Origin: an uncultured Ferrimicrobium sp.
GTDB lineage: Bacteria; Actinomycetota; Acidimicrobiia; Acidimicrobiales; RAAP-2
Assembly (NCBI GenBank): GCA_964434455.1
Contig: CAYSVK010000003.1
Coordinates: 240,248-304,247, forward strand
DNA: 64,000 bases
Reading direction: 5' to 3'
Part shown: positions 1 through 9,055 of the stretch, piece by piece
Numbering within the stretch: the first letter of the stretch is position 1
How the letters are laid out: each line of letters opens with the position of its first letter
Made by a program: the position numbers and the translations under genes
The notes under the pieces: model-generated
The model's input: the letters and a program-made list of their open reading frames with translations, nothing else
Told to the model about the DNA's origin: nothing
Database searches by the model: none

Positions 1-2
1 TC

Positions 3-1265
3 GGCAAGAACCTCGTGGACATCATTCTCACGAACAACGGCTACGAGGTGATCAATCTCGGAATCAAAGTCGGCGTCAATGAGATGCTGGCCGCAGTCGA
101 TCAGCACCACGCTGACGCGCTCGGCATGAGCGGACTGCTCGTGAAGTCGACCCTCATCATGCGCGAGAACCTCGAAGTGATGAACGACCTCGGCTACGCC
201 AAGGTTCCAGTACTGCTCGGCGGGGCTGCCCTGACGCGCACGTACGTCGAGCGCGATCTGCGCGAGACCTACCGCGGCCGCGTCTTTTACGGCAAGGACG
301 CCTTCGAGGGACTGCGAGTGCTCGATCGGTTGAACGAACTCAATCGCACCGGCGAAAACGATCCGCTCTTCGGTCGAGAGATCTCCGAACGGCGCGTACC
401 GCGACGCAGCCGTGACGGCGCCCAGCCGGCACCTGACGGTCTGCCCTCGCGCAGCCCGTCGATCATTGCTGACAATCCACTCTTTACTCCGCCGTTCATT
501 GGCACTCGCGTGGCCAAGGGCGTCTCGCTCGACGACATCTCTGAATACCTCAACTTGACGGCGCTCTTTCGCAATCAGTGGGGGTACCGGCCCGAGAACG
601 GCGAAGACGACAAGGCGTTCAAAGAACGCGTCAGCGCGGTGCTGCGCGACCAGCTGGCGACTGCCAAGCGTGAAGGACTGCTCAATCCTCAGGTCGTGTG
701 GGGTCACTTTCCTGTCGCGTCCGAGGGCACCGAGCTCATTGTCTATAGCGACGAGTCGCGCACCACAGAAGCGGCGCGGTTCAACTTCCCCCGCCAGCAT
801 CAAGAGCCCTACTACTGCATCAGTGATTTCTTTCGGCCTCGCGAGTCAACCGACCACGACCACGCGAGTTTCATGCTCGTGACGATGGGCGCCGCGGTGT
901 CCGCGCGCTGCCAGGAGCTGTTCGCGGCGGATCGCTACACCGACTACTTGATGCTGCACGGACTGGGCGTCGAAATGGCCGAGGCGCTCGCCGAGCTGTG
1001 GCACCGTCGCATCCGCGAGGAGCTCGGCTTCGCCCACGAAGACGGACCGACCCTCACGGGTCTGTTCCGCCAGCAGTACCGCGGCGGGCGCTACTCGTGG
1101 GGCTATCCCGCCTGCCCCGATCTCACCGATAACGCCAAGGTGGCTGATCTGCTCGGCGCTGGGCGAATCGGCGTGTCGGTCTCTGAGGGTTACCAGTTGC
1201 ACCCCGAACAAACCACCGACGCGATCATCTGTCATCACCCCCAGGCGAAATACTTCGTCGCATGA
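3..1265 (+). CDS. metH: B12-dependent methionine synthase, C-terminal part (cobalamin-binding and reactivation domains); 5'-truncated by window edge
   Basis: GKNLVDIILTNNGYEVINLG, MSGLLVKST, LLGGAAL and RYSWGYPACPDL motifs; frame open to window start. Confidence 0.95.
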   Translation, partial: GKNLVDIILTNNGYEVINLGIKVGVNEMLAAVDQHHADALGMSGLLVKSTLIMRENLEVMNDLGYAKVPVLLGGAALTRTYVERDLRETYRGRVFYGKDAFEGLRVLDRLNELNRTGENDPLFGREISERRVPRRSRDGAQPAPDGLPSRSPSIIADNPLFTPPFIGTRVAKGVSLDDISEYLNLTALFRNQWGYRPENGEDDKAFKERVSAVLRDQLATAKREGLLNPQVVWGHFPVASEGTELIVYSDESRTTEAARFNFPRQHQEPYYCISDFFRPRESTDHDHASFMLVTMGAAVSARCQELFAADRYTDYLMLHGLGVEMAEALAELWHRRIREELGFAHEDGPTLTGLFRQQYRGGRYSWGYPACPDLTDNAKVADLLGAGRIGVSVSEGYQLHPEQTTDAIICHHPQAKYFVA

Positions 1266-2224
1266 AGCGAACCATCGCCGCCGCTGTACTGTCGGCGTCC
1301 AGCGTGCTCGGCGCTCTTTCGGTACCCGCGAGCGCGGCGTCGGCGCCGTCGGCCACTCTCTCGCAGATTGCGACCTACGTGGCCGCCTCGGTGAAGACCA
1401 TCGTGGTGCCCGACGTCACAGCGACGCTGCCGCCCCTGGCCACGGTGACGGCGTCAGTCGCCCACATTCCCACTCCGTGCTTTAACGATCGCGCAGTCAT
1501 TGCCTTGCCTTCGTCGCCGGCGACGACCTGCGCGTTCGGCGACCGATCGGTGACGCGCCGCATTGTGGTCTTCGGCGACGCCAACGCCGCAATGTGGATC
1601 CCCGCATTTATCAAGCTCGGCCAGCAGCTGCACTGGAAGGTGATCTTTCTCGGCCGGCCGGGCTGCAGCGCCTGGGCGTCACTGCGCTCAGCGGGCACGG
1701 TGAGCTGTCGCACCTTTATCCACGCCGTGGTGCACTACATCGCAACGACCAAGCCGCGTTACGTCATCCCCATTGGCGCCAAGGTGCACTGGCGGGCAAC
1801 AAAGAGGGCCACTCAAGCCCAAATCGAGCGAGAGATCGTTGCCACGATCGACCTCGTGCGCGCGACGGGCTCGCACGTCATCTTGATGTCGCCGGTCCCG
1901 CAGTTCAATCCCGGCTTTACCGAACGCGCACCGACCATCTGCTTCAGCGACAAAGGATCGAATCTGTGGCCGTGCGAACTGGTTATCCGCCACTTCGCGC
2001 ACTCAAGTGCGTTCGTGATTGCCCAATCCACCGTCGCGTACACGCACCACGTGACGCTGATCCCGACCGTGCCGCTGTTTTGCACCGTCACCAAGTGCGC
2101 GGTTTATGTCACCACGCCTGACGCGACGTACCTGGTGTACCGCAACCGCTACGAGATCACCGCCGCGTACATGTCGTTCATTGGTGGCGCCGTGGCCACA
2201 CTGATGCGTCCGAGTTTGCGCTAG
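1262..2224 (+). CDS. Secreted SGNH-hydrolase-fold protein with catalytic residues apparently replaced
   Basis: N-terminal signal peptide; block I reads VFGDANAAMW (usual GDSHA) and block V reads YRNRYEIT (usual DxxH); paired cysteines; ATGA overlap with metH stop. Confidence 0.7.
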   Translation: MKRTIAAAVLSASSVLGALSVPASAASAPSATLSQIATYVAASVKTIVVPDVTATLPPLATVTASVAHIPTPCFNDRAVIALPSSPATTCAFGDRSVTRRIVVFGDANAAMWIPAFIKLGQQLHWKVIFLGRPGCSAWASLRSAGTVSCRTFIHAVVHYIATTKPRYVIPIGAKVHWRATKRATQAQIEREIVATIDLVRATGSHVILMSPVPQFNPGFTERAPTICFSDKGSNLWPCELVIRHFAHSSAFVIAQSTVAYTHHVTLIPTVPLFCTVTKCAVYVTTPDATYLVYRNRYEITAAYMSFIGGAVATLMRPSLR

Positions 2225-3846
2225 CGCCGGGCGCCAAGTGCAACCGGCACCGAGGCGGCCAGTGCGTCGCGAGCGTGATAGCTCGAGCGCGTGAGCGGAC
2301 TGGACTGCACGTGCAAGAGGCCGAGCGCGCGCCCGGCGGCGGCGAGCTCATCGAACTCTTCGGGGTGCCACCACCGCGCGACCGGCAGGTGCGAGGCGCT
2401 GGGTCGTAGATATTGACCAATTGTCACGATCGACACACCAACCGCGTGCAAGTCAGCCAAGGTCTCGATCACTTCGTCCGCACTCTCGCCGAGACCGACC
2501 ATCAGACCGGACTTCGTGGTGAGTCCCGCGGCGTGCGCGCGAGCGAGCACCGTGAGACTTCGCGGATAGGTCGCCGCGCTACGCACCGCGCGCTGCAGGC
2601 GCGCCACCGTTTCGATGTTGTGATTGAGCACGTCGGGCCGCACGTCAATTAGTACCTCGAGTGACTCGCGGTCCCCTCGTAGGTCACTAGTGAGAACCTC
2701 GACGTCAGTACCGGGCCGACGTTCACGAATGGCGCGGACCGTCTCGGCCATCGCTCCGGCGCCGCCGTCCGCCAGATCATCGCGAGCGACGCAAGTAATT
2801 ACGGCGTGGGCGAGATCCAAACGGGCCACCGCCTCGGCGACGCGAGCTGGTTCGGTGGGATCCAGCGGCAGCGGGTGACGCGTGTCGACCAGACAGAAGC
2901 CGCACGAGCGCGTGCAGCGCTCGCCGTTCACCATGAACGTCGCGGTCCCGGCCGACCAGCACTCAAAGATGTTGGGACAGCCCGCTTCTTCACACACCGT
3001 CACGAGACGAAGGTCTTCGGTCAACGTGCGCAACGACTGAAACTCGCTCGAATAGGTCGCGGGGATCCTCAACCATTCGGGCTTGCGCTCGCGCAGCTCG
3101 AGCGACTGATCAACATCAACGCCCGCGCGACGGAGTCGACGGATGCCCGCCCGCTCGGTTCCACCGCGAGCCGCGGAGCGGTCGACCGATTGAAAGGTGG
3201 CTTCGGCGCCCAAGTGTGCGGCAATGGCGGTCGCCAACAGGGGTTCGACATCGGTGGAACTGACATCGATTCCCAGTGAGTTCAGCGATCCGACGGGAAA
3301 GTCGGGGATCCCGCACGGCACGATCACGGAGAATCCCGCGAGATCCACGTCAACGTTGAGCGCAATGCCGTGCAGGGTGCGACGACGACCGCGCGCGTCG
3401 CGCTGAGTACGTACGCCGATCGCCGAGATCTTCACCGGAGCGCTGTCGAGATGGGCCCACACGCCGGGATAGCCCTCATGACGACCAACTCGACCGAGCC
3501 GGTGATCCTCATTCAGCCCCGAGACGACCTCAATCACTGCATCTTCCAGTTGATGCACGTGTGCCGGCCCGGCACCGGGCTCGTCGCTTACCGTGCGAAT
3601 CACCCACGCCACCACCTGACCGGGCGCGTGATAGGTCACGTCGCCGCCGCGATCGGCGGGTTCGACGTCCGCATCGAGTTGACTCGGATCCACGAGGAAG
3701 TTCGACATCTCGGTGCGCACGCCCATGGTGTAGGTCGCGGGGTGTTCCATGACGAGCACGTAGTCGTCGTCGGCATTAAGCAGCCCGTGCTGGAGATCGT
3801 TCGCCTCCGCGAAACGCACGCGGCCGAGTGTGCGCACCCGCAGCAT
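2221..3846 (-). CDS. lipB-lipA: Fused octanoyltransferase (LipB) - lipoyl synthase (LipA)
   Basis: N-half: EHPATYTMG, DRGGDVTYHAPGQ, KISAIG, IVPCGI; C-half: CEEAGCPNIFEC, CTRSCGFC, RSSYHA, all in one 541-aa frame. Confidence 0.93.
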   Translation of the reverse strand: MLRVRTLGRVRFAEANDLQHGLLNADDDYVLVMEHPATYTMGVRTEMSNFLVDPSQLDADVEPADRGGDVTYHAPGQVVAWVIRTVSDEPGAGPAHVHQLEDAVIEVVSGLNEDHRLGRVGRHEGYPGVWAHLDSAPVKISAIGVRTQRDARGRRRTLHGIALNVDVDLAGFSVIVPCGIPDFPVGSLNSLGIDVSSTDVEPLLATAIAAHLGAEATFQSVDRSAARGGTERAGIRRLRRAGVDVDQSLELRERKPEWLRIPATYSSEFQSLRTLTEDLRLVTVCEEAGCPNIFECWSAGTATFMVNGERCTRSCGFCLVDTRHPLPLDPTEPARVAEAVARLDLAHAVITCVARDDLADGGAGAMAETVRAIRERRPGTDVEVLTSDLRGDRESLEVLIDVRPDVLNHNIETVARLQRAVRSAATYPRSLTVLARAHAAGLTTKSGLMVGLGESADEVIETLADLHAVGVSIVTIGQYLRPSASHLPVARWWHPEEFDELAAAGRALGLLHVQSSPLTRSSYHARDALAASVPVALGARR

Positions 3847-5033
3847 CAGCGCTCCGCGTCGACGTCCAAAGCGCCGAGCAGTTCGCCGACGCGTTCGAGG
3901 TATTTCGCGGCGGCGTAGGAGTCACAGATCCGGTGATCGAAACTCAGGCCCAGCACAATCACGCGGCTAAGCTCGACGTGGCCGTCCGCGTTAACAACGG
4001 CCGCCCCGCGCGCCGCGCCAATGGACAGCGCCGCTACTTCAGGCTGAATAATGATCGGCTGGCTCAACAATGTGTGCGGTGACGGCGCACTTACGATCGT
4101 GAACGTTCCACCCATGAGATCGTCGGCCGTGAGTTGGCGCGTGTCCACACGTTCAGCCAAGTCCACGAGTCGACGAGCGAGGGCGCGCAACGTCAGCCCG
4201 GCGGCGGCGTGGATGACCGGGATCAACATGCCGTCGCGATCCGCGTGGCGGGCAAAGCCGAGATTGACCGTGCGGTGCTCCACGATCTCACTGCCCGCAA
4301 ACGTGGCGTTCAGGAACGGGTACTCCCCCAGCGCGCGCACGGCGGCAATCGCCACCACGGCCTCATCGGGGATCGTTGCGCCGTCGCGGGTCATCCGGCC
4401 CCCGCGCTCGAGTGCGTCGAGAAAGCTCGCACTCACTTCAACGGCCACGAACCCGTGGGGGGCGACCTGCGCGGACATCGAGAGGTGCTCGCCCATGCGG
4501 CGCTGGCCCCGCGTGAGTTCCACCGCGACGTCGTCGGTGGGTCCGTTCGCGACCGCCAACTCCGCATCGCGACGGGTAATTGAACCACCCGGACCGCTGC
4601 CACTGACCGACGACGGATCGACGCCGCCATCGTTCAAAATTCGACGCACTACGGGCGAGGCGACCACTCCGGTGGTGTCGGGGGCCGCGGGTGCTGCGCT
4701 CGGAGTGGGTGTGGGTTCGGCGCGCGGCGCAGGAGTGGTCGCAGCGGACGGAGCGGAACTCGCCACGGGTGCAGGTGTAGAGGTTGACGAAGACGCCGCG
4801 GCGTCATCAATGACCGCGAGGCGTGCGCCCACTTCAACGGTGTCGCCTTCTTGCGCCAGGATCGCCGTAATGACCCCCGCACTCGGCGAGGGCATCTCGG
4901 AGTCGACTTTGTCCGTCGAGATCTCCAGAATCGGCTCGTCGCGCTCGACACGGTCGCCGACCTGCTTCATCCAGCGAAGGATGATCCCTTCGGTGACCGA
5001 TTCGCCGAGTGACGGCAGAACAACGTCAGCCAA
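3846..5033 (-). CDS. Dihydrolipoamide acyltransferase (E2) with one lipoyl domain, a PSBD and a divergent catalytic domain
   Basis: STDKVDSE lipoyl-Lys motif; ASPVVRR...GSGPGGSITRRD PSBD; FDHRICD. Confidence 0.9.
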   Translation of the reverse strand: MADVVLPSLGESVTEGIILRWMKQVGDRVERDEPILEISTDKVDSEMPSPSAGVITAILAQEGDTVEVGARLAVIDDAAASSSTSTPAPVASSAPSAATTPAPRAEPTPTPSAAPAAPDTTGVVASPVVRRILNDGGVDPSSVSGSGPGGSITRRDAELAVANGPTDDVAVELTRGQRRMGEHLSMSAQVAPHGFVAVEVSASFLDALERGGRMTRDGATIPDEAVVAIAAVRALGEYPFLNATFAGSEIVEHRTVNLGFARHADRDGMLIPVIHAAAGLTLRALARRLVDLAERVDTRQLTADDLMGGTFTIVSAPSPHTLLSQPIIIQPEVAALSIGAARGAAVVNADGHVELSRVIVLGLSFDHRICDSYAAAKYLERVGELLGALDVDAER

Positions 5034-6444
5034 CGTGCAGTCCTCGCCCCGCCAGGGCGATCAAGGTCTCACCGAACGTCTCTGACAGTGACGGGTGCGG
5101 CTGAATTAACGCGGCCGCCTCTTCCGCGGTCGCCTCCCAGTTGACGGCGAAGTACCCAGCGCCGAGCTGCTCGGTGACCCACGGCCCGGCCATGTGCACG
5201 CCCAAGAGCTGACCGGCCGTGCCGTCGGTGCGCTTTTCGGCGATCACCTTCACCACTCCATCGGTCTCGCCGATGATGCGAGCCCGGCTGTTGCCGCCGA
5301 AGGGATCCTTCTTTACGACGACGTCGTAGCCGCGCTCTTTGGCCGTGGCTTCAGTCAATCCACAAAATGCCACTTCGGGGCTGGAGTAAATGGCCCAGGG
5401 CACGCGGTCGTAGTCGACCGGCAGCGCCGTTTCGCCGAGGATGGTCTTGATCACGATGATCGCTTCGGCGAACGCCACGTGCGCCAACTGGGGCGTGCCG
5501 GCCACGACGTCGCCTACGGCGAACACCGTCGGGTTGCTCGTGCGCATCAGTCCATCGGCGACGACGAATCCCCGATCGTTCACCGTCACTCCGGTGCCGT
5601 CGGCGAGCAGCCCCTCAGTGCGAGGACGTCGGCCCACCGAGACGACTACCAGATCGGTCTCCACATCGTCGTGTCCTTCGACGTGCACGACGGTGCCGCC
5701 CTTTTTCTTCGGCGAGTGGCCGGTCACCTTGGCGTCCACGACGAACTGGACGCCGCGCTTTTTGAGGGCGCGCTGGACTACGGCGGTGACGTCGCTGTCA
5801 CAGCCCGTCAGAATCTGCGGCAACCCTTCGAGCACGGTGACCGAGGTCCCGAGGTCCACGAGCACTGAGGCGAACTCGAGGCCAATGGCGCCCCCGCCGA
5901 TTACGACGGCGCGGCTCGGCAGCGCGCTGAGGTTCAAGAACTCGTCGCTCGTGACCACCGTTGATCCGTCGACCTCAAATCCGGGAATGGTGCGCGGAAC
6001 CGAGCCCGCCGCGAGCACCACGTAACGACCACGCAGCACCGTGCCGGCGTCGGCGCCGTCGCTCACCGTGACGGTGCCGTCGGCTTCGAGGCGCCCCGAG
6101 CCGGAGAGCACAGTGACCTTGCGGCCCTTCAGCAATCCGGACAGTCCCTTAAAGAGTTGGTCGACGACCTCGTTCTTGCGGCGCTGGCTGACCGCGAAAT
6201 CAACCTTGGCCGATCCGGCGGCGAATCCGAACTCGCCGCTGTGCTCGATCGTGCGCGCGACGTGGGCGGTCTCGAGGAACTCCTTCGCCGGCACGCAGCC
6301 TCGGTGCAGGCAGGTTCCACCAACCTTGTCGCGCTCCACGAGCGCGATATTGAGACCACCGGAGGCGCCGTAGAGGGCGGCGGCGTACCCGCCGGGTCCG
6401 CCCCCGATGATCACCACGTCAAACGGCTGAGTCTCGGAGGCCAC
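5026..6444 (-). CDS. lpdA: Dihydrolipoamide dehydrogenase (E3)
   Basis: GGGPGGY FAD motif, GGTCLHRGCVP disulfide, GGGAIGLE, HPSLSE. Confidence 0.95.
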   Translation of the reverse strand: MASETQPFDVVIIGGGPGGYAAALYGASGGLNIALVERDKVGGTCLHRGCVPAKEFLETAHVARTIEHSGEFGFAAGSAKVDFAVSQRRKNEVVDQLFKGLSGLLKGRKVTVLSGSGRLEADGTVTVSDGADAGTVLRGRYVVLAAGSVPRTIPGFEVDGSTVVTSDEFLNLSALPSRAVVIGGGAIGLEFASVLVDLGTSVTVLEGLPQILTGCDSDVTAVVQRALKKRGVQFVVDAKVTGHSPKKKGGTVVHVEGHDDVETDLVVVSVGRRPRTEGLLADGTGVTVNDRGFVVADGLMRTSNPTVFAVGDVVAGTPQLAHVAFAEAIIVIKTILGETALPVDYDRVPWAIYSSPEVAFCGLTEATAKERGYDVVVKKDPFGGNSRARIIGETDGVVKVIAEKRTDGTAGQLLGVHMAGPWVTEQLGAGYFAVNWEATAEEAAALIQPHPSLSETFGETLIALAGRGLHVG

Positions 6445-6520
6445 GGTGCGTCCTTTCCCCGACGAACCTCGTCGAGTGCGCGAGCCAGCCTACCGACGAC
6501 GAGTGGAAATCTTCTCGTTC

Positions 6521-6964
6521 CTAGGGCGCGACACGCGCACGTTGGGCGTCGGCCGCCTGTGTTGCGAGCGCGTCGACGAAATCGTTCATCGGGTCACCGC
6601 TATGACCCTTCACCCACTCAAAGCGCACGTCGCGATCGCTGTCAAAGACCAGCGCGAACAGGTCCTCCCACAGATCGCGATTGGCGACCGGTTGGCCCTG
6701 CGAGTTCTTCCAGCCCTTGCGAAGCCACCCTTCGTGCCACCGGTTCTTAAAGCAGTTCACGACGTACGTCGAATCCGAGACGACGGTGATCTCGCCGTCG
6801 GGATTAGCGCGCAGCGCTTTGATCGCCGCGGTCAGCTCCATGCGCTGATTGGTCGTCGCGCGGTCAAAGCCGCTCGCGAAGATCTCGGCGTTCTCGGCCC
6901 ACGCCCAACCCCCCGGTCCGGGGTTGCCGCGGCACGCCCCATCGGTGTGCACGCGACGCCTCAC
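6521..6964 (-). CDS. rnhA: Ribonuclease HI
   Basis: TDGACRGNPGPGG, TNQRMEL, SDSTYV, WVKGHSG, NDFVD. Confidence 0.95.
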   Translation of the reverse strand: MRRRVHTDGACRGNPGPGGWAWAENAEIFASGFDRATTNQRMELTAAIKALRANPDGEITVVSDSTYVVNCFKNRWHEGWLRKGWKNSQGQPVANRDLWEDLFALVFDSDRDVRFEWVKGHSGDPMNDFVDALATQAADAQRARVAP

Positions 6965-7416
6965 GCGCGCGAGTGCCAGGCGTCAGGGTCTTTGGTGAAT
7001 TGAGTGACCGAGTCGGGCATCTTGCCGCTCACGACGTCGGCCAAGCTCACGTGCTCTAAGACGCCGCGCAGTGCACCACGCACTGCGACCCAGACGTCTT
7101 GGAGGTGCGTGGCGGCACCCTCGTACTGAAGGTTCTCCGGCCGCATGCCGCGCACGCCGGCCATGGGGCCGCCAAGGACACGCAATACATCGGCGATCAT
7201 GATCTCGTTGGCGGGACGCGCGAGTTTGAAGCCACCGTCGGCTCCTCGTTGGCTCGTCACGATCGATCCGCGGCGCAATTCGGAGAGAATCGCTCCAAGG
7301 AATTTCGGCGGCAGTCCCTGCTCGTGGGCGAGGTGGTCGGCCGACACCGAGGCGTCGCTGCTCGCGAGAGTCAGTAGCGCACGGATCGCGTAGTCGGCTT
7401 TCGCCGGGATTTGCAC
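6961..7416 (-). CDS. Rrf2-family transcriptional regulator with no cysteines (CymR-like type)
   Basis: KADYAIRAL, SQRGADGGFKLARPA; CACAAT -10 box 6 nt before GTG. Confidence 0.9.
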   Translation of the reverse strand: MQIPAKADYAIRALLTLASSDASVSADHLAHEQGLPPKFLGAILSELRRGSIVTSQRGADGGFKLARPANEIMIADVLRVLGGPMAGVRGMRPENLQYEGAATHLQDVWVAVRGALRGVLEHVSLADVVSGKMPDSVTQFTKDPDAWHSRA

Positions 7417-7476
7417 CGTGTCATTGTGCCCGACGATCCAGGTGCTCGCGACGATGGCGCCCGTACATTGGGCTTT

Positions 7477-8103
7477 ATGTACGACGTTGCCACTCGACGG
7501 CTCTATCTGTGCTCGGCGTGGCGTGAGGACTGGTCAGAGTTCTTGCGCGCCGTGCTCGACGGTGGTGTTGACATCGTGCAGCTCCGCGACAAAGTCGCCT
7601 CCGACGATCGTCTTCGCGAGGCGGGCACCGTGGCGCTTGATCTCTGTCGGGAGTTTGGCGTTCCCTTCATTGTGAATGACCGCCCCGATCTGGCGCGTGA
7701 GATTGGGGCTGATGGCGTGCACGTGGGACAAGACGACGTCACGGTGAAGAACTGTCGCGATCTGCTGGGGCCCTCAGCGATTGTCGGGCTGTCGACGCAC
7801 GAGCCCGCCCAACTCGAAGCCGGACTGCTCAGCGACGCCACGTATCTAAGTGCGGGTCCCGTTTCGGCGACGCCCACCAAGCCGGGTCGCGAGCCCACCG
7901 GACCCGAGTACGCGGGTTGGGCGACGCAGCGCTCCGACCGTCCGGTTTTTGTCACCGGTGGCGTCACTCCGCACACCATCGAGCCGTTGTGGGCATTGGG
8001 CGTGCGCCACTTTGTCGTCGTGAGGTATCTCACCGAAAGCGACGACCCGGGATGTGCAGCTCGCGAACTTCAACGAGCCGTCGAGCGGGCCGCAACGAAC
8101 TGA
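7477..8103 (+). CDS. thiE: Thiamine-phosphate synthase
   Basis: VQLRDK, FIVNDR, ADGVHVGQDD, GLSTH, TPTKP; start moved to ATG 7477 (TACATT -10 box 7 nt upstream, and avoids overlap with Rrf2). Confidence 0.92.
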   Translation: MYDVATRRLYLCSAWREDWSEFLRAVLDGGVDIVQLRDKVASDDRLREAGTVALDLCREFGVPFIVNDRPDLAREIGADGVHVGQDDVTVKNCRDLLGPSAIVGLSTHEPAQLEAGLLSDATYLSAGPVSATPTKPGREPTGPEYAGWATQRSDRPVFVTGGVTPHTIEPLWALGVRHFVVVRYLTESDDPGCAARELQRAVERAATN

Positions 8104-8131
8104 CGCGAGTGCGCCCGACGGCGCGAGCCGC

Positions 8132-9028
8132 TCAGTCGTGCACGCGCAGGAATTGACTGACGACTTCGAAGTAGTCCGTGGGATTCTCGACAAACGGCAT
8201 ATGGCTGGCCCCGGAGATCACCGTCCACGTGCTGTTCGGTATCCGTTCGGCGAACGGTCGCACCGCGACAGGCGTGGCCTCGTCGAACTCACCGGAAATG
8301 TTCAACGTGGGGGCCTGAATGTGTTGGAGCCGGTCTACGACAGTCCAGTCACGCAACGTACCCACGCACGTGAATTCGTTCGGTCCGTTCATCACGTTGT
8401 ACACCGTCGCATCGGCGCTCAATGCGTCGAAGGTTCGCTGAACTTCCTCGGGTGCGGGCACGACGCGACAGACGTGACGGTCATAGAAGACCTGCTGGGC
8501 CGCCAGGTACTCCGCGGAGTCAAACGTGCCGTCTCGTTCGTGACGAATGAGGGTGTCACGAACGTCAGTTGGCAGCTGCTGGCGTAATTCGAGCGTGCCC
8601 TCGCTCCAAAGTGACATCGCGGCGGGCGAGTTCGACAGCACCAGCGCCCGTAGTCCGCGAGGTCGGGTGATCGCGTGCTCGGCGGCGAGCATGCCGCCCC
8701 AGGATTGGCCGAGCAAGTGGTACCGATCAGCGATACCGAGTGATCGCAACACCTCGTCAAGTTCATCGAGGAACAACTGGACCGTGAAGAACTCACCGCC
8801 GCGATCCGGGAACCGCGTGGACTGGCCACAGCCGATTTGGTCGTAATGAATGACTGGCCGGCCGTCGGAAGCCAGCTCCGTCAACGACAACACGTACTGA
8901 TGGGTCGCGCCGGGACCACCATGCAGCACGACGAGCGGGGTCAATTCACTGGACAGATCACCCGTGACGCGGTACCAGGTCTCACCACCGCCAAACGGCA
9001 CTGTCCCTTCGGTGGTGGCATCTCGCAC
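8132..9028 (-). CDS. Proline iminopeptidase / L-amino-acid amidase family alpha/beta hydrolase
   Basis: VVLHGGPG, GQSWGG, SGEFDEATP, SHMPFVE. Confidence 0.88.
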   Translation of the reverse strand: MRDATTEGTVPFGGGETWYRVTGDLSSELTPLVVLHGGPGATHQYVLSLTELASDGRPVIHYDQIGCGQSTRFPDRGGEFFTVQLFLDELDEVLRSLGIADRYHLLGQSWGGMLAAEHAITRPRGLRALVLSNSPAAMSLWSEGTLELRQQLPTDVRDTLIRHERDGTFDSAEYLAAQQVFYDRHVCRVVPAPEEVQRTFDALSADATVYNVMNGPNEFTCVGTLRDWTVVDRLQHIQAPTLNISGEFDEATPVAVRPFAERIPNSTWTVISGASHMPFVENPTDYFEVVSQFLRVHD

Positions 9029-9055
9029 GACGGCGCACTGTATTGCGAGACGGCC

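Noticed and set aside
4051-5085. Long antisense ORFs, for example 4051-5085(+), 11509-12387(-), 23165-23992(-), 33288-34022(-) and 62782-63765(+)
   Set aside because: They shadow well-supported genes on the opposite strand, are Arg/Ser/Ala-rich and lack motifs; expected in high-GC DNA
7417-7476. TPP riboswitch upstream of thiE
   Set aside because: Only 60 bp, shared with the divergent Rrf2 promoter; no CUGAGA or TPP core, and thiE looks leaderless
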